Of a DNA stretch of 64,000 bases, positions 59,874 through 64,000 are shown piece by piece. The stretch lies in assembly GCA_035636095.1 (NCBI GenBank), contig DASPZU010000015.1:15371-79370 (forward strand), in the 5' to 3' direction. The DNA is from Thermoanaerobaculia bacterium. GTDB lineage: Bacteria; Acidobacteriota; Thermoanaerobaculia; Gp7-AA8. Position numbers and translations under genes: made by a program. Every line of letters starts with the position of its first letter. The stretch's first letter is position 1. Under the pieces are notes generated by a model. The model was not told the DNA's origin, searched no databases, and saw nothing but the letters and a program-made list of their open reading frames with translations.

Positions 59874-61067
59874 TTGTCGGAACGCCAGCGCACCCCTCTC
59901 GCCGTGGGCGCGATCGCAGCCGTGCTCTACTTTTCGGAAGGTCTGCCGTACGGCATCGTCACCGAGCTCGTCCCGCTGTATCTGCGCGTCGAGCACATCG
60001 AGCTCAAGGTCATCGGTCTCGCGAGCAGCGTGACCATCGCCTGGACGCTGAAGTTCTTGTGGTCGCCGCTGGTCGACACCTTCGGCACGTATCGGCGGTG
60101 GATCGCCGGTGCGCTCATCGTGATCGCGGGTGTGTTAGGCGCGATCGCGGTTCTGCCGGCCACCGTCACCGCCATCTTTTACGCGCTGGTGGCCCTCATG
60201 GCCCTGGGATCCGCGACGCAGGACATCGCGGTCGACGCATTCACGATTCGCGCGACGCCCACATCGATGCTCGGCCCCGTCAACTCGATCCGAGTGACTG
60301 CCTACCGCGTGGCAATGATGGTCGGCGCGGGCGGACTGGCCATCGTCGCGGGGCGGGTGGGATGGCGGACGGCGTGGGGCGTTGCGGCGACCCTGGCGGC
60401 CGGGATCCTGATCTTCGCGCTCATGTTGCCCGACGATCGTGGCGAACGGAAAGAACAGTCGAGCGTCTTCGCCGATCTCGCGCATTGGCTGCGCAGGCCG
60501 CGCGCCGGAATTCTGCTCACCATCGTTTTTCTCTATCGGATCGGCGAGTTTGCGATCGTGACGATGATCAAGCCGTACTGGGTCGACCGCGGCTATTCGC
60601 CTGCCGAGATCGGTACCATCACCAGCGTGGTCGGCGCACTCGCCATCATCGGCGGCGCGATTATCGGCGGTTGGTTCGTCGCGAAATTCGGAATGGTCGC
60701 CGGCCTGCTCTGGCTGGGCGTGGCGCAGACGCTCTCCAACCTCGGATACGCGATGGTGGCCACCATGCATGCGGGCCGATGGGCGATTTACGCCGCCGCG
60801 ATTGTAGAAAACCTCGGTTACGGCCTCGGCAACGCTGCCTTCCTCGCCTATCTGATGTCGATCTGCGATCGCGAACGCGCCGCGACAGAATATGCGCTGC
60901 TGTCGGCAGCCTTCGGACTCACCGGCGCTGCCGTCCGCGCCGGCAGCGGCTACGTGGCGCAGTACGCCGGCTATCCGTTCTATTTCTGGCTCACCGTGTT
61001 CCTCGGCATTCCGGTGCTGTTTCTGATTCCGCGAATCCGCGATGAAGCATCGATTCTTCGTTCCTGA
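59874..61067 (+). CDS. MFS transporter (AmpG/LplT-like)
   Basis: 12 transmembrane segments. The start is uncertain: TTG at 59874 with AAGGA upstream, or GTG at 59844. The track ORF at 59670 overlaps the convergent lipoprotein. Confidence 0.75.
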   Translation: MSERQRTPLAVGAIAAVLYFSEGLPYGIVTELVPLYLRVEHIELKVIGLASSVTIAWTLKFLWSPLVDTFGTYRRWIAGALIVIAGVLGAIAVLPATVTAIFYALVALMALGSATQDIAVDAFTIRATPTSMLGPVNSIRVTAYRVAMMVGAGGLAIVAGRVGWRTAWGVAATLAAGILIFALMLPDDRGERKEQSSVFADLAHWLRRPRAGILLTIVFLYRIGEFAIVTMIKPYWVDRGYSPAEIGTITSVVGALAIIGGAIIGGWFVAKFGMVAGLLWLGVAQTLSNLGYAMVATMHAGRWAIYAAAIVENLGYGLGNAAFLAYLMSICDRERAATEYALLSAAFGLTGAAVRAGSGYVAQYAGYPFYFWLTVFLGIPVLFLIPRIRDEASILRS

Positions 61068-61728
61068 TCGCGTTGAAGTCGGCGCGACCATCGCCCTCCA
61101 CTCGGAGGAGCGACATCACGCGCGCGTGTTGCGAGTGCGCGAAGGGGAAGAAGTCGAGATCTTCGATTCGCAAGGCAGAAATTTTGTTGCGCGTCTCGAC
61201 GATCCGGATTCGATCGCGATACTTCGCGAATCTGAGAGCCGAGAACTGAGAACCGAGATCCGACTCGCGATGTCGATCATTCAGCTCGAGAAATTCGAGC
61301 TCGTTCTGCAAAAAGCGACCGAGTTAGGCGTGGCGTCCTTCATTCCGCTGATCACCGACCGCATGGAAGTGCGCATCGAGCGTTTGCGCGGAAGAGAAGA
61401 TCGCTGGAAAAAAATCGTGCTGGAAGCGGTCAAGCAATCGGGACGCTCAAAAATCCCGGTGATCGAAACGCCAACGGAATTCGACGACGCCATCAAACGT
61501 GAAGGGACAAAGATCATTTTCGATGCCGACACACCGCCAGCAACCGAGCAACCGAGCAACCCAGCAACCCTTTTCATCGGTCCCGAAGGCGGCTTTTCCG
61601 AACGCGAATTACAGCTCGCGCGCGCATCCGGTGCAGCGTTGGAACAACTCGGGCCGCGACGGTTGCGCGCCGAAACTGCCGCCATCGTAGCGGTCGCGCT
61701 GGTCGCTGCGAGAAGTGGCGACATTTGA
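61042..61728 (+). CDS. rsmE: 16S rRNA (uracil1498-N3)-methyltransferase RsmE
   Basis: MKHRFFVP..., LFIGPEGGFSERE and LGPRRLRAETA. It carries an in-frame heptamer-array insert (PATEQPSNPAT) just before IGPEGG. Confidence 0.85.
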   Translation: MKHRFFVPDRVEVGATIALHSEERHHARVLRVREGEEVEIFDSQGRNFVARLDDPDSIAILRESESRELRTEIRLAMSIIQLEKFELVLQKATELGVASFIPLITDRMEVRIERLRGREDRWKKIVLEAVKQSGRSKIPVIETPTEFDDAIKREGTKIIFDADTPPATEQPSNPATLFIGPEGGFSERELQLARASGAALEQLGPRRLRAETAAIVAVALVAARSGDI

Positions 61729-61744
61729 TAGGCTTACGCGCCCG

Positions 61745-63034
<1,290 letters not shown>

Positions 63035-63035
63035 T

Positions 63036-63223
63036 GGGGTCAGGTCTTTGGTTCTCGATTCACTCTACGCTATGAAGAATCCGGACTGCTCAATTGAGCG
63101 ACTTAAGCTTTTCACGGAAAGCTTGCCGCGCGTCGGTTTGCGCAGCTTTCTCTTTTTCAATCTGAAAGTTACTTGAAATTTCTACAGCCAGTATAGGAAA
63201 GCGAGAATCAAAGACCTGACCCC
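63036..63223. repeat. MITE-like element: about 188 bp bounded by 22-bp terminal inverted repeats, with a lower-GC interior
   Basis: Left repeat GGGGTCAGGTCTTTGGTTCTCG at 63036-63057. Right repeat CGAGAATCAAAGACCTGACCCC at 63202-63223 (21/22 complementary). There is a partial third copy GGGTCAGG at about 63229. The interior is AT-richer than the genome and contains the small hairpin AAGCTTTtcacggAAAGCTT. Confidence 0.5.
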
Positions 63224-63343
63224 ATCGTGGGTCAGGCTGTCACCCGCAGGCGCCATGGTCGCCCACCGAGGAGACGTCTTCCGTCAGCGGACTGTGGCAT
63301 AACGGCTGCTCACTTCCCCACCGCCGGTCCCATGAGGGGTGAG

Positions 63344-64000
63344 TATGAGAGCCATCAGATTAGCGGTCGTTTGTTGCCTTTTCCTCGGTGTTTCCTCGGC
63401 CTTTGCACAGCTCAATGACACGTACGTGATTCCTGTCGCGGGCAATACGCCGGGAGCATTCGGCACGCGCTGGATGACGCAATTCAGCGTCTTCAATCCG
63501 CAGTCCTACGCGCTGAAAGTCAGCATCACATACGTTCCAACGCTCGGCGGAAAGGGGCTGGAAGCGCTCATTCGCGTTCCTGCGAACGCAGTGGCGTTCT
63601 CGAACAACGTTCTCAGCGATGTTTTCAATTTGTCGGGCGGCGGCGCGCTGCTGGTCGCGACGTTCGCCGAAGACAACCCCGGCGTTCCGAACGACGTGAT
63701 CTCGCGCGCGTTTCTGGTCACGACGAACACGTTCAACAACTCCTCCGCCGGAACCTTCGGTCAGACGATCCCGGGCGTGTGGGCTGGGCTGATGGATTTC
63801 GACACCGATGGGATCAGCGCCGTGGCGCACGGCGTCCGCAACATCTCGCGTCAGGGGTGGCGGACCAATGTCGGCGCCGTCAACCTCGGCCGAACGAGCA
63901 TCACCATGCGATTGAATGTCTACGACATCGACGGCAACACGGTCGCGCGCAACATTCCGTTCACGATTCCGCCTCTGGCGCACATGCAGGACACGCTGCC
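63344..64000 (+). CDS. Secreted protein (N-terminal part; runs off the window), paralogue of the 909-3698 repeat module
   Basis: ATG preceded by GAGGGGTGAG. Signal peptide MRAIRLAVVCCLFLGVSSAFA. YVIPVAGNTPGAFGTRWMTQFSVFNPQ...ITYVP matches LVLPGVGRTPGAFGSNWATDVTIYNPS...LNYVP in the first gene. It is not in the ORF track because no stop falls in the window. Confidence 0.6.

Overview
High-GC bacterial chromosomal segment with about 55 protein-coding genes, densely packed on both strands, and no rRNA, tRNA or CRISPR detected. The gene content has an Acidobacteria-like flavour (Ser/Thr-kinase–TolB-propeller fusion, a four-helix-bundle 'IVS protein', many secreted and lipoprotein genes), but that placement is inference only. 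Most of the window is housekeeping. Recognisable genes include: an E. coli-type frdABCD quinol:fumarate reductase; a livKHMGF branched-chain amino-acid ABC importer; two APC permeases; a Rieske oxygenase; aldehyde dehydrogenase, formamidase and aldo-keto reductase; 6-phosphofructokinase; HtrA; ribD-ribE; trpE; fused aroD-aroE; recO; dsbD plus a thioredoxin partner; the pbpC/alpha-2-macroglobulin pair; two GGDEF-EAL signalling proteins; rsmE; and citrate synthase. Many long ORFs in the six-frame track are antisense or N-terminally over-extended artefacts of the high GC, and several track 'M' starts are actually TTG or GTG; I re-set starts where an in-frame ATG with a ribosome-binding site was visible. 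The most unusual content is non-coding. (1) A family of intergenic hairpins in which each arm is a tandem array of a 7–9 nt unit, with the unit sequence differing between loci, at about 8 loci. Some sit in terminator positions, some in divergent promoter regions, and single arms appear to be embedded in-frame in coding sequence (rsmE, the pbpC signal peptide, an esterase signal peptide). (2) A four-helix-bundle (Avd/23S-IVS-protein-like) gene lying exactly between the two separated arms of one such hairpin, which looks like a gene cassette inserted into a hairpin. (3) A ~188-bp MITE-like element with 22-bp terminal inverted repeats. (4) Two paralogous secreted proteins built from a repeated beta-rich module I cannot name. 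(5) An OmpA-anchored protein with a ~450-residue Q/A-rich coiled coil. Nothing in the window looks like a canonical defence island, toxin-antitoxin pair, integron, prophage or transposase.
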